A stretch of 64,000 bases of DNA. It comes from Eledone cirrhosa (taxonomy: Eukaryota). The stretch lies in contig OZ024741.1 of the NCBI GenBank assembly GCA_964016885.1, forward strand, positions 350,610,001-350,674,000, given 5' to 3'. How positions within the stretch are numbered: position 1 is the stretch's first letter; the number at the start of each line of letters is the position of its first letter. Both the position numbers and the translations under genes were made by a program. Of the stretch, positions 1 through 13,240 are shown in pieces. Below the pieces are notes generated by a model. The model had not been told where the DNA came from. It worked only from the letters and a program-made list of their open reading frames with translations, and made no database searches.

Positions 1-34
1 CATTCATATATATATAGCTATTTCAGAGCGCCAA

Positions 35-89
<55 letters not shown>

Positions 90-275
90 TATATTAGAAA
101 GTGAACAACACAAAATATAACTACTCCATTACCAAAGGTTTCTGGATCACAAACGATAATAATATAGATGTCTGGATCGGTATATATATATATATATGTA
201 CCATATATATATATATATATATATGTACCATATAGATATATATATGTACCATATATATATATGTTTATATATATA

Positions 276-1704
<1,429 letters not shown>

Positions 1705-1707
1705 TAT

Positions 1708-4700
1708 ATCATCATCATCATCATCATCATTTTACATCCGCTCTTCCCTGCTTGCAAGTGCGGGACGGGTCTTATTCAGCACAGTATCTCTCCACTTGTC
1801 ACGGTCCTTCGTCATCTCCACCGTGAGCTTCAGCGATCTGAGGTCTGTTCTCACCACTTCCGCCCATGTTTTTTGTGGTCTACCTCTACCACGTCTTTCT
1901 TCAACTGGCATTTCCTGGCACTTCTTTACCCATCGGTCATCCTCCATGCGCATCACATGTCCATATCACCTCAGTCTCCTCTCCCGTACACTACATTCTA
2001 TCCCTCTCAGACACAGTTTCTCTCTCAACACATTCATGCTGGGTCGTTCACGTACATTGACACTGCACATCCAACGGAGCATGCTTGCCTCATTTCTCTC
2101 CAGCCATCGCATATCCTCTGCAGTTGCTACCCATGTCTCACTACCATGTAACATCGCGCTCCTCACACAGGCATCATATAAACGGCCTTTCGTACGCAGG
2201 GAGAAACCCTTCTTCGTCAGCAGAGGAAGCAGCTCCCTAAACTTCTTCCAACCTGTCCTTATTCTAGATACTATGGCCTCGGAACACCCCCCTCCCATGC
2301 TAATCTGATCTCCTAGGTACCAGAAGCTATCCACCACTTCTATAGCACCCGCCTGCATTTGAAAAATGTGTCTATCAATGCAACTTCTACTGTCTAATTT
2401 CCCTGTACATCTACTGCATACATATTTCTCCCTATCTGTTAGTTTGCCTGCTATCCCGCTACATTTCTTGTGTACCCAGGATCTGCATTGTGTGCATTTT
2501 ATAGAATTTATGCCAGTTCCTTTTCTGCATATCGAACATGGCCATTTCCCTGACTGAATCAGAGTTTTGTCCTCTTTTCTACTCATCAACACTTTTGTTT
2601 TAGCTAGGTTCACTCTCAGTCCTCTTGCTTCCAACTGCTGTTTCCATAGCCAGAATTTATTCCCTAGCTCCACTACTGATTCTGCTATAAGAACCAGATC
2701 GTCAGCATTGAGAAGTTCCCATGGACAGCCAGTCTTAAACTCCTCTGTTATGGCTTGGAGGACTATAATGAACAAGAGCTGGCTGAGGACCGAACCTTAA
2801 TATACTCCTACTTGTATCTGGAATTCCTCACTAAACTCCATTCCTACCCTGACTTTACTGACAGTACCTCTGTACAAAGTTTGCACTGTCCTCACAAGCC
2901 ATTCCTCAACACCTAGTTTCCTTAGGGACCACCAGATGATAGATCGGGGTACCCTATCAAAGGCCTTCTCTAGGTCAACAAAGGCTAAGTATAGTGGCTT
3001 ATTTTTCTCTAAGAACCTCTCTTGCAATTGTCTCACCAAGAAGAGGGCATCTGTTGTACTCTTGCCAGGCACAAAACTAAACTGCATCTCATCTAGTTTG
3101 ACCCTTTCTCTAATTAGTTGTGCTAATATCCTTTCTGCCACTTTCATAACTTGATCCATCAGTTTTATACCCCTATAATTGCTCCTCTCCAGAACATCCC
3201 CTTTACCTTTGTAGCAATTTATGAGAATACTGCTGCACCAGTCTTTGGGTATGACACCACCATATTTAGCCTGATTGATGATGCGTGCAACCAGCTTAGT
3301 GCCTACGTCCCCTGATGCCTTCAGCATCTCAGCAACTATTCCTGATGGTCCAGCAGCCTTACCATTTTTCATTTCCTTAATCGCCTCTTGGACCCTATAT
3401 TCGTCAATCTCAATAGCTGGTCCCTCTGTCGGATCTACTGAGAGTAATTTCTCTCTCTCCCATTCATTCTCCACATTCATCAGTCTCTCATGATGACATT
3501 TACAGGCCTCCTTTTTCTGATCATTCGTGACACTAAGTACACCGTCATCGTTCTGGACACATTTATCTCCAACAACATCCTGATTTGCATTGACACACTG
3601 CCTTGCAATGTGGAACACCGTACGCCTCTGATCTTCCCGTTGCAGAACATTGGCAAACCTCCTACTCTCTGCCTCCCTGCGTGCTAAGTACACCTGACGT
3701 CTAGCTTCTCTCTTAGCGGCTGTATATTCTTCCCTACTCCCACCCTTTTTCCAAGCCTTCCATGCTAGTCTTTTGCCTCTAATGGCCTTATCTACTGTGC
3801 TGTTCCACCACCAGGTCACTCTCTGTCTCGTTGGAGCTCTGCTCCAGCCACAAGTTTCATTAGTAGCCTGCAGTAAGTTGTCACGTAAGAAATTCCAGTT
3901 ATTATCTATGTCATACGTCTCTAAATCGTCTTCTTTTTCATCATACACATCTTGAAGGGCTTTCCTAAATTTGTATTTTAGTGAAAGGTCTTTTAGCTTC
4001 CCGACCTTTCTTCTCCACACCTTCCTGTATGTTTCATTCCATCTCTTGCTTACTGAGGTATCACTAACGACTAACCTAAGCTGTGGGGTACATTCTTCCC
4101 CAGGGTATGCCTTGGTATTAGACACTATCTACCTGTCCCGCTGCCTAACCAGTAAGTAGTCAATCTGGCTTATGCTCGCCAGATTTGTAGGTTATTAGGT
4201 GGTTGGCAGGTTTCTGGAAGTTTGTGTTGAAAATAGTCAGTGCACTTGCATCACAAAATTCAAGAAGTCTCACTCCTTCTTCATTTCTTGAGCCGTAACC
4301 GTGCCCACCATGTACCCGAGTGTAACCATCCTGGAGCTGTCCAACATGACCATTGAAGTCCCCTGCTAGCATAACGATGTCTCCACCCTCTGTCATTGCG
4401 GTTGTTTGTAAAAGTTGCTCGTAAAAGCAGTCTTTCTCATCTTTGCCTAATCCTGCTTGGGGAGCATAGACCGAGATGATTGTCAGTAGTCTCCTGCCTA
4501 CAACTAATCTAAGCTTAATTATTCGATTACTAACTCGAACTACCTCTATTGTCTTATTGATCCATCTCTCAGCCAGGAAAATGCCTACTCCCCCTAACCC
4601 ATCATCCTTACCTACCCAGAAAAGCTTATAGCTAAGATGTTTGTCTACGACTAGTCTCGCAGGGGCACCTCTCTATCTCACCTCTTGCACGCAGCACACA

Positions 4701-4993
4701 TCCACATGCCTTCTCTCCAGCATCTCCGCTATTTCAGCCGATCTACTTCTGAGAGTGCCAACATTAAGTGTTGCAACTCTGAGATGCGACGTCTTCATAT
4801 TTTGTTGTTGTTCCTATTTGTTGCTGTGCTGATAAGCGTTTTGGCATTGATACACTGGTTGGATGCCCTTCCTAACACCAGCGCCACTTTACAGCATGGA
4901 CTGGGTGCTTTTATGTGTGCCACCAGCACTAGAGAGGATGTCTTATTAGACTCAAGGGCCCTCTCTACCCCTCCATTTTACATCATGGTCATT
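1708..4993 (-). mobile_element. Near full-length RTE-clade LINE (APE + RT), disrupted
   Basis: Start MKTSHLRVATLNVGTL at 4798; AGDFNGHVG; NYRGIKL, DLEKAFDRVP, LLNADD. Frameshifts and stops split it into ORFs 4160-4396, 2797-4125, 1966-2775, 1732-1956. (GAT)n tail; TA tracts on both sides. Confidence 0.93.
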
Positions 4994-5100
4994 AAAAAAA
5001 AATATATATATATATATATATTATATATATGTATATGTATCATAAAAAAAAAAAAATATATATATATGTATCATATATATATATATGTATATATATATAA

Positions 5101-5472
5101 GAAACTCACTCAGATGGTGGATGGGTGCTACACGAGAATGCTGAGGATGGCTCTGAACATTAATCAGTATACACTGAGGATGAAAAACTCAGAGTTGTAT
5201 GGGAGCATCCCAAAAGTCAGCTCAAAAGTGACACAGAGGAGACTGAGGTTAGCTGGACATGCTCACCGACATCCAGAGTTGACATTGCACTCAGTGCTCC
5301 TTTGGGAGCCTCTACATGGACACACTAGAAGAGGAAAACCAAGGTTAACGTATGTTGATGCCCTAAGGACAGAAACTGGTCTGTTGGAGACGCAGGACAT
5401 GGCAGCGATAATGAGGGACAGAGACCGCTGGAGAGAACTCGTCCATGGATCTCGGGAATTTTACCCGCCTTA
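5101..5472 (+). mobile_element. 3' fragment of a different RTE-like LINE
   Basis: C-terminus of ORF 4685-5473: YTRMLRMALNI...QRRLRLAGH...RRGKPRLTYVD...MRDRDRWRELV, between TA tracts. Confidence 0.8.
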
Positions 5473-5477
5473 GATAG

Positions 5478-5553
<76 letters not shown>

Positions 5554-5598
5554 CATATATATATATACATATATGTATCATATATATATATATATATA

Positions 5599-6276
5599 TA
5601 CAAATATAATTTCAGCGAGATCGTATTTCGGCGGTGGCCAAAAACAAAGCAAAAGGCAATTGACGAGATGTGCGGCAAGTGCTCAATGGACTAAAAGAAG
5701 ACCAGAGCAATTAACATATGTTATAGAGGCCAAACAAAATGAAAACGGTGGTCGTGAAGCTATCAGCCACCTGAGCCAAAATAACGAAGCAAGCTAAGCA
5801 GGTTAACAGAAGAATTTACCTGGACCTCCTGGAAATTGATGGTAGAATCCAGTGGCAGGTTTCTGTGATACCTAAATCAATTATACTGCCTGCTTTCGTT
5901 GTAAGCTTTTGGTATAACAATCGAACAAGGCTGCCATTTCATCAACAGGTATTTTGTTCTCAGCCGGCGAGCGGGTTCGAATGCAGTAGTAATGGTGGAG
6001 TGACTACCCCACGTGTTTACCCTGCAAGGGGGGTAACCCCGGTTTTTGGCGGATGCATTCAAAATGTGTAAAATTATTGCAAGAATTGCAAATAACTGCA
6101 CAAATCAAAGTAAACTCTCGACCGGGTTGTTTTTAAATAAACTTAAGCAATTAATTAGTCAATAGAATTGTCTAATAGAATTAACTAATTAATTGCTAGG
6201 CCCGGGAGATTAATACAAATATAATTTCAGCGAGATCGTATTTCGGCGGTGGCCAAAAACAAAGTGAAACGCAATT
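5599..6276 (-). mobile_element. Non-coding retrozyme-like element, family C copy 1 (615-bp unit plus ~60-bp terminal direct repeat)
   Basis: caaatataatttcagcgagatcgtatttcggcggtggccaaaaacaaag at 5601 and 6216. Reverse complement aligns in blocks with 62511-63137. Flanked by (TA)n. Confidence 0.8.
5817..5951 (-). ncRNA. Variant type I hammerhead ribozyme (U3 core, ~75-nt stem II, extended stem III)
   Basis: UACCUG-UUGAUGA-[75 nt]-GAAAC-CU..CUGGA..UCCAG..AG-GUC-CAGGUA: 6-bp stem I and GUC triplet. Confidence 0.6.
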
Positions 6277-6277
6277 T

Positions 6278-6310
<33 letters not shown>

Positions 6311-6314
<4 letters not shown>

Positions 6315-8354
6315 TCATCATCATCATCATCAACGTTTAACGTCCGTGTTCCACGCTTGCATGGGTTTGGACGGGGGTAGTCCCACTTGAGGCAAGAGTG
6401 ATTTTCTTGCTCGCATAGGACTGTCTGGCAGGTTTTCTACAGTTGGATGCCCTTCCTAACACCAACCACATTTACAGTGTGGGTCTGGGAGGTTTTTACC
6501 GTGTTGCCTACACGGCCACATTACAGTGTGGACTGTGTGTTTTTTTGTCGTGACACCTACACGATCTCATTTGTTTCGGCCTGGATGGCGCGGCACCAAC
6601 ATAACTTTACATAGAACGGGGTGGTGTGGATGGGGTGGGGGTTGTGGTGGTGGGACGTGGTGTATTTTGTTAGAGATGCCTACTGGCAAGGCGGGTCTTC
6701 TCTATTACTGAGTACCGCCAAATGTCTCGGTCCAGTGACATTGTCTTGGTGAGGTGTAAGTGTGTGAGGTCGGTGTTTATCAGCTCGTCCCAGGTTTTTC
6801 TGGGTCTGGCTATTCCGTGGCTACCGTCTATCTTTATTGCCCTGCACTTTGTTATACAGCTATCATCCTTCATGCGCATCACGTGACCATACCAACGTAG
6901 CCTTCTCTCTAGTAAACAACATCTGATCCCTCTTATTTCTAATTTTTTCGTTTATGCTTTGTCGTTCACGTATATTACTATTACACATCCAGCGGAGCAT
7001 GCAAGCTTCGTTTCTCTCTAGTCTGCGTATATCCTCTGCACACAATGCCCAGGTCTCACTGCCATGCAACATTGCTGTTCGTATGCAGGCATCGTACAGC
7101 CTGCCTTTCATTTTTAGGGAGAACCCTTTAGCGGCTAATAGTGGTATAAGCTCTCTGAACTTTTTCCACCCAGTTCTGACTCTAGCTACTGTACTTTCAG
7201 AGCACCCTCCCCCACTGCTGATTTTGTCACCCAGGTAACGGAAGCTGTCCACTATTTCTATAGAACCCTCTGAGCAGTTGAAAGAGCTAGTATTTTGTGG
7301 GCACTTGCTGCTACTTATATCCCCAGAACACCGGCCACATGTAAAATCTATGTTCTTAGTTAGCTTACCTGTGATCCCACTACATCTTTTATGCACCCAA
7401 ACTTTGCATTTGGGACACAAAATGGAATTTCTACCTACGCCTTTCCTACACTCTGCGCATGGCCACTTCCCGGAGGGGACCGCCGCCTTATTTTCTTTCT
7501 TACAAACTAGAACTTTAGTCTTAGCTAGGTTAATTTTAAGGCCTTTTGATTCTAGGCCGTGCTTCCATGTTTGGAATTTCTTCTCTAGCTCGGCCATTGA
7601 TTCAGCTATGAGCGTTAGATCATCTGCGTATAGGAGTTCCCATGGGCAGCCGGTCTTGAACTCCACTGTTATAGCCTGGAGGGCAATAATAAATAGTAGG
7701 GGGCTAAGAACAGAGCCCTGATGAACACCAACTTTTACACTAAACTCTTCACTATATTCGTTGTTAATTCTAACCTTGCTAACTGTTTCTTTATACATGG
7801 CTTGTATAGCTCTCACAAGCCATTCATCAACACCTAGTTTTCTAAGAGCCCACCAGATAATGGAACGGGGGACTCTGTCGAAGGCCTTCTCCAAGTCGAC
7901 GAAAGCTAAGTATAGGGGTTTACATTTAGCTAGGTACTTCTCCTGTAGTTGTCGTACAATGAAAAGAGCGTCTGTGGTACTTTTTCCTGACACAAACCCG
8001 AACTGCATTTCATCTAGATCAATTCGCTCTCTGATTAGTTGCGCTATAACTTTTTCCGTGACCTTCATGACCTGGTCGATTAATTTAATGCCTCTATAGT
8101 TACTCCTATCTAGGGCATCTCCTTTACCCTTATAACAGTTAACGATAATGCTGCTGCGCCAGTCCTTCGGAACAACCCCATTCTGTATGACTTGGTTGAC
8201 TATCCGGGTGACCATGGTGTGTCCCACCGTACCAGATGCCTTCAGCATCTCGGCAACTATTTCCGAAGGCCCAGCCGCCTTGCCTGTCTTCATATCTTTG
8301 ATTGCCTTACTTATTATACTACCCTCGACTAACACTGCTGGTCCCTCTATTGGG

Positions 8355-8358
<4 letters not shown>
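6311..8358 (-). mobile_element. 5'-truncated RTE LINE with composite 3' UTR
   Basis: RT motifs (DLEKAFDRVP, GVHQGSVLSP, YADD) in ORF 6863-8803 after the YI run. Frameshift near 6950. (GAT)n tail at 6311; TA flanks. Confidence 0.93.
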
Positions 8359-8435
<77 letters not shown>

Positions 8436-9049
8436 AGTGAGAGAGTTAGTGGGGCTGGAGAGAAAGATAATTGTGTATTGTCTTGTCTTTGTAGGGAACA
8501 TGAGAAAGGAAGAATAGCAATGAGGAGACAAAAGTAAGAGTGTGTGGAAGAGGGGGGAAATATAGATTGAGGGAGGAAGAGACAGGTATAATTGGTAGGA
8601 GTGAGGTAGAAGGAGATGGAAGAAAAGTAATTATGAAAAGTGTCTTGTAAGGCACACAGGATCAAAAAATAGCAATGAAGAGACAGGGGTGAGAAGGGAG
8701 TGAGTGAGTTTGATAGAGAAAGAGAAAGGTAGGATATAAGTGAGATAAAGTGAGAGTAAGGAAGCGAGAAAGAAGGAGAGGAGTGGAGGGGAGAATGAAT
8801 CAAAGAACCTTGAAGATTTTATCTCAGTTTACAATTACCCATTGATTAAACACTATATATACAGGTATTATCTTTAGCATCAAACAAGCACACACATACA
8901 CACACACACACACATGCACACATGCATAAATATATGAATCAATGAAAAAGCCCTTATGTGGTTGCTCGATTTGCCAGAAATAGCAGCCAAATATTTCTCA
9001 ACCTAAACCCTTACTATCCATAAGTAATTGAAAAGATGTGCTGTGTAAT

Positions 9050-9260
9050 GATTTCTAGTATAGGCACAAGGCCAGAAATTTGGGGGGAGGGGAAAGTCGA
9101 TTAAATCGACCCCAGTGCATTACTGGTACTTTATTTTATCGACTCCGTAAGGATGAAAGGCAAAGCTAACTTTAGCGGGATTTGAACTCAGAACATAAAG
9201 GGCCGTAACTCTATGCTGTAAAGCATGATGTCTGACGCTCTACAGATTCTGCCAATCCCC
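9050..9260 (-). mobile_element. tRNA-head SINE with (ATT)n tail family
   Basis: Core tactggtactttattttatcgac..taaggatgaaaggcaaag is shared with more than 10 copies in the window. Confidence 0.85.
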
Positions 9261-9434
9261 TGATGTACTGTATGATGCATTCTGTAAAGATATGATGATC
9301 GCAATTAGACTGGAACACCAACGTAACAACGATCAAGGGTGTTTCAGCTGTGTCCATCCCATTTTTTCAATAGCATTCTAAATGTTTAGTTAAAGACTAA
9401 AAATGACCATCCATAGATTCTTCACTCCACTCAC

Positions 9435-9667
9435 TTGTTCTATTACAAATATTCGGTAGTCAGCTTTCTGTCGAGAAAGCATTGGATGTAAACGATTGAG
9501 TAATATTTTCAGATGTTTCCAGCGGTTTCGATAAGGAATCACAATGGCTATTTTCTGCCAAGAGTAACAAGTCTTTGGTCTCCAGCTACCACCAAGATTC
9601 ACTTCTTTGTTTTCTTCTTGCATACGGTTTATCTTTGGTTCGTCGAAAATATCAATTTTTTTAAAAC
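9435..9667 (-). CDS. Coding exon of a GT7-family beta-1,4-galactosyltransferase / beta-1,4-GalNAc-transferase
   Basis: ...LGGSWRPKTCYSWQKIAIVIPYRNRWKHLKILLNRLHPMLSRQKADYRIFVIEQ (B4GALT signature). Acceptor ttcaatttag, phase 1; donor GTGAGT, phase 0. Confidence 0.9.
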
Positions 9668-10127
9668 CTAAATTGAAAATAAAGAGAAAGAATAAAACCA
9701 TTAAAAAAACCAAGTTTGTCTTTTGGTTAATTTCTTTTTCCAGCAATGAGAAAAGTTTAGTGGATGATTGGAGTATCAATCAAAGAGAGGAAGACAAACA
9801 ATGAATTGCAGATGATGATGAGAATAGAGTTAGTGGTGAATGTTGTGAAGAGAAATGGAAAGAAATGGCTGGATCATATGTTGAGGAAGGATGAAAGAGA
9901 TTGAGAGAGAAATGGGATGGAAATTAATCTAAAAGGATGTAGAAAAGGAAACAAAGAAAGACATGGCTAAAGATGATTGAGGAGGAAATGAAAGCCTGAG
10001 TGTTGATAAAAGGGGTTGCAGATGATAGGGTAAATGGGAGGCTTATCATGGGGCCCATAGGGTAGCTCCTGCTTCAGCAAGGAAATGACTTTAAAAAACA
10101 TTCATCAGTGAATAATAATAATATTAT

Positions 10128-10316
10128 TGTTTCTACTTTTGGCACAAGGCCAGCAATTACCCCAGTGCATTACTGGTACTTTATTTTATCGACCCCGTAA
10201 GGATGAAAGGCAAAGTTAACCTCGGAGGGATTTGAACTCAGAATGGCAAGGGCCGTAATTCCATGTGGCAAAGCATGGCGTCCGACTGTCTACTGATACT
10301 GCTAATCCACCGCCCT
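10128..10316 (-). mobile_element. SINE, (ATT)n-tail family
   Basis: Same head, core and tail as the other copies. Confidence 0.85.
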
Positions 10317-10554
10317 TAGTGATAATAATATTATTAATATTCAGTTCATTTGCAAGCAAACAGCTTCATTATGCCATGTGTTCAAGACGACTAGCATGAT
10401 CCTTTTGTTCCAGAGGTATTTGAGGATGTAGCAGAAGGGAGAGAAATACACAATCTTGATAAGGGGCAATAATCTCAAAACAATTGTAGATTGTTTTTTT
10501 TCTCTGCTACTGTTGGAACAAAAGGATGATGTTAGTTGTCTTGAACACATGGCA

Positions 10555-10745
10555 TGGTGAATTGGCAGTATCAGTATAGGGTTGGACGCCATGCTTTCTA
10601 GCATAGTTACGTCCCTTTATGATCTGAGTTCAAAGCCCGTCAAGATTAACTTTGCCTTTCATCCTTACGGGGTCGATCAAATAAAGTACCAGTAATGTGC
10701 TGGGTAATTGCTGGCCCTGTGCCAAAAGTAGAAACAATTATTATT
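10555..10745 (+). mobile_element. SINE, (ATT)n-tail family
   Basis: ggtgaattggcagtatcagt...gcctttcatccttacggggtcgat...gtgccaaaagtagaaacaattatt. Confidence 0.85.
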
Positions 10746-11323
10746 ATTCACTCATGAATGCATTTATGTATCTGCCATGCTAGAGTGAAAACAAAATTTG
10801 GTTTTAAAATGTTTGTTGTCATTGAAAGGGCAAAAAGAGAAAACATGTTTATAAGTATTGTACACTACATCCTGACATACCGCTGGAACAAAAGGATCAT
10901 GCTAGTCGTCTTGAACACATGGCATAATGAAGCTGTTTGCTTGCAAATGAACTGAATATTAATAATATTAATATTATTCACTCACGAATAATTTTAGCCA
11001 ATCCTTTTAAATTCTTCTATAATTAATAAAAATACAAAATATTTGTCAACCTCTCAAGTGTCTGTGCACCCAGTGCCATGATAAAATGCACCCAGTGCCA
11101 TGATAAAACATACTTAGAATAGTCTGTAAAGTGGTTGGTGTTAGGAAAGGCATCCAGCTGCAGAAACCATGCCAAAATAGGGAACATATGAGCAAAACGT
11201 GGTTTCTCTTGGACTGTGATGATCTTTCCAATCTATTCCAGCATGGAAAGCAGATGTAAAATGATGATGATGGTGATGATGTATGTATGTCATAAGAAAT
11301 ACAGCCATAAAGGGTTAACTTAC

Positions 11324-11516
11324 CCAGAGCAGGAAAATCGATATGACACTTATTGAAATGTAGTGGATCAGTCAAATACTGGTTGTCAAGAATATCAGGC
11401 ATAGTGGTACGGCAACGAGAGTTATAGTTGATCACTGAATATATAACTAGGGCCAAGTAGATGATTGCCAAAACTCTGACAAATGCCCTTTTGCATTGTC
11501 TTAGCGACAATACCAT
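11324..11516 (-). CDS. Probable first coding exon of the same GT7 glycosyltransferase (type II signal anchor and stem)
   Basis: ATG 11516: MVLSLRQCKRAFVRVLAIIYLALVIYSVINYN...HIDFPAL-G. Donor G|GTAAGT is phase 1 and joins the 9667 exon in frame (G+GT = Gly). Acceptor ttttttacttcag, exon starting at 11552, implies a further upstream exon. Confidence 0.8.
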
Positions 11517-11650
11517 CCTGACATACCCATACAAGAATGGAACCCTCCACCTCTGAAGTAAAAAAAGAAAGAAAATAATAATAACAAGTAGAGAGAGATG
11601 GGCAAAAGAAAAGTATAGAAAAAAAACATAATTTTATTACTTATTACAGA

Positions 11651-12020
11651 AATGGCTGTGTGGTTAAGAAGTTGGCTTCACAACTATATGGCTTCATGTT
11701 CAGTTCCACTGCATGGCACCTTTGGCAAATGACTTCTGCTATAGCCTTGGATTGACTAATGCTTTGTAAGTGAAATTTGGTAGACAGAAATTGCACAGAA
11801 GTCCATTGTATAAGAAAGGAGAATAGGCATTAAGTGATAATGATGATTGTATACATGTGTGTCAGCATTAGTTTAAATCATGTCACTTAGTGGTTTGACA
11901 AAAAGGTTTGATAGAATAAGTTCCAGACTTGAAAAAATTAAGTAGTGAGGTTGACATGATCGACTAAATCCCTTTAAGGCAATACTCTAACATAGCCACA
12001 GACTGATGACTGAAACCAAT
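11651..12020 (+). mobile_element. Second tRNA-derived SINE family (resembles an abundant octopus SINE)
   Basis: tggctgtgtggttaagaag A-box and gttcagttcc B-box-like head, then ...ttggtagacagaaa. Recognised from memory only. Confidence 0.65.
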
Positions 12021-12579
12021 AGAAGAATTGAAGGATAGAAGAATTATATTCTGAGTTCAAGTCCTGCTAAGGTCAATAAAACAAGTACTAGTCAAATTGA
12101 GCAGTGGGTGGGTCGAAATAATTGACTGCACGCTACACTACAATTTGTAGCCTATGTCAAAAATAAGTATAATAAGTATAAAAAAATATGTGAAAGTTAA
12201 TGGTTGGCAGAACTGGTGGAGTGACAGACATAATTATTCATTGCAGAATTTAGTTATGTCTGTTTATGTCGTTGAGGTCAAATCCTGCTGGGGTCCATTC
12301 ATTTTTTATCCTTCTAGGGTTGACAAAATATGTACTGGGGTTGATCTGATCAACTATACTTCTTTCCCAAACTGTGTTAAATGATGATGATGATGAAGAA
12401 GAAGATGATGATGATGATGATCATAACTCATCCTCAATGTAAATTGATTCATCAAAAATTAAAGCAAACAAAAAATAAAAAATAAAAACCCTGCTTTTTC
12501 TGGAAAGTGTGAACAGAATTTTTCAAATGATTAAATAGAATTAAATATTAACTTTTATAAAGTAGCTTTATGTAGTGTC

Positions 12580-13240
12580 AGGTGGCCGGAGGACCCCTTG
12601 GTTCAATCAAGGAGTCAAAAGTGCCCTTTAAGCAAAGAAGGAAGTCTACAGAGCTAGGAGTGGAAATAAGTCCTCCTTTTTGCACTTGTGGTACAAGCAG
12701 ATGTGGAAAGTCACAGCAGAGACAGTAAAGGGATCCAAAGTTAAGACATGAGAGGACTTTGGGGTTAAGCTGGAATCTGACTCCAGATCAGCAAATAAAG
12801 TGTTCTGGCAGACCATCCATCAAATTTGTAATGAGAAGTCCTCCTCCACATCTGCTATTAGGAACATTTCTGGGGTTCTCTTCTCTTCAGAGAGGGCATC
12901 CTCGTGAGGTGGAGAGAATACTTTGCTGATCTCTTAAACCTGATCACAACAGCATCTTCTGCTGCACATGAGGTGCATCTGTGAGCAATGATTAATCTTT
13001 CAGAAGCTGAGGTCACAAGAATAATTAAAGAACTCAAACGTATGAAATCTTGCCCACGATGTTAAAAGCCTTAAATAGAGAAGGTATTCTCTGGTCGACT
13101 CATGTGAGGAGCCGGATGGTCTGGATCTCTGGAAAGGCATTTAAGCAATTTCCAAAAAGAGAGAAAAGAGAGATTGCTCCAATTATAGAGGGATCTCCTT
13201 GTCAAGCCTCCTCAGTAAAGTCTATGCTAAGTGCCTGGCA
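12580..13240 (+). pseudogene. Old degenerate RTE-like LINE fragment
   Basis: Residual peptides such as MLKALNREGILW and NYRGISL (aattatagagggatctcc). Confidence 0.55.

Noticed and set aside
5960-5990. GGTTCGAAT B-box-like motif
   Set aside because: No cloverleaf or A-box, and it is not conserved in the family C homolog.
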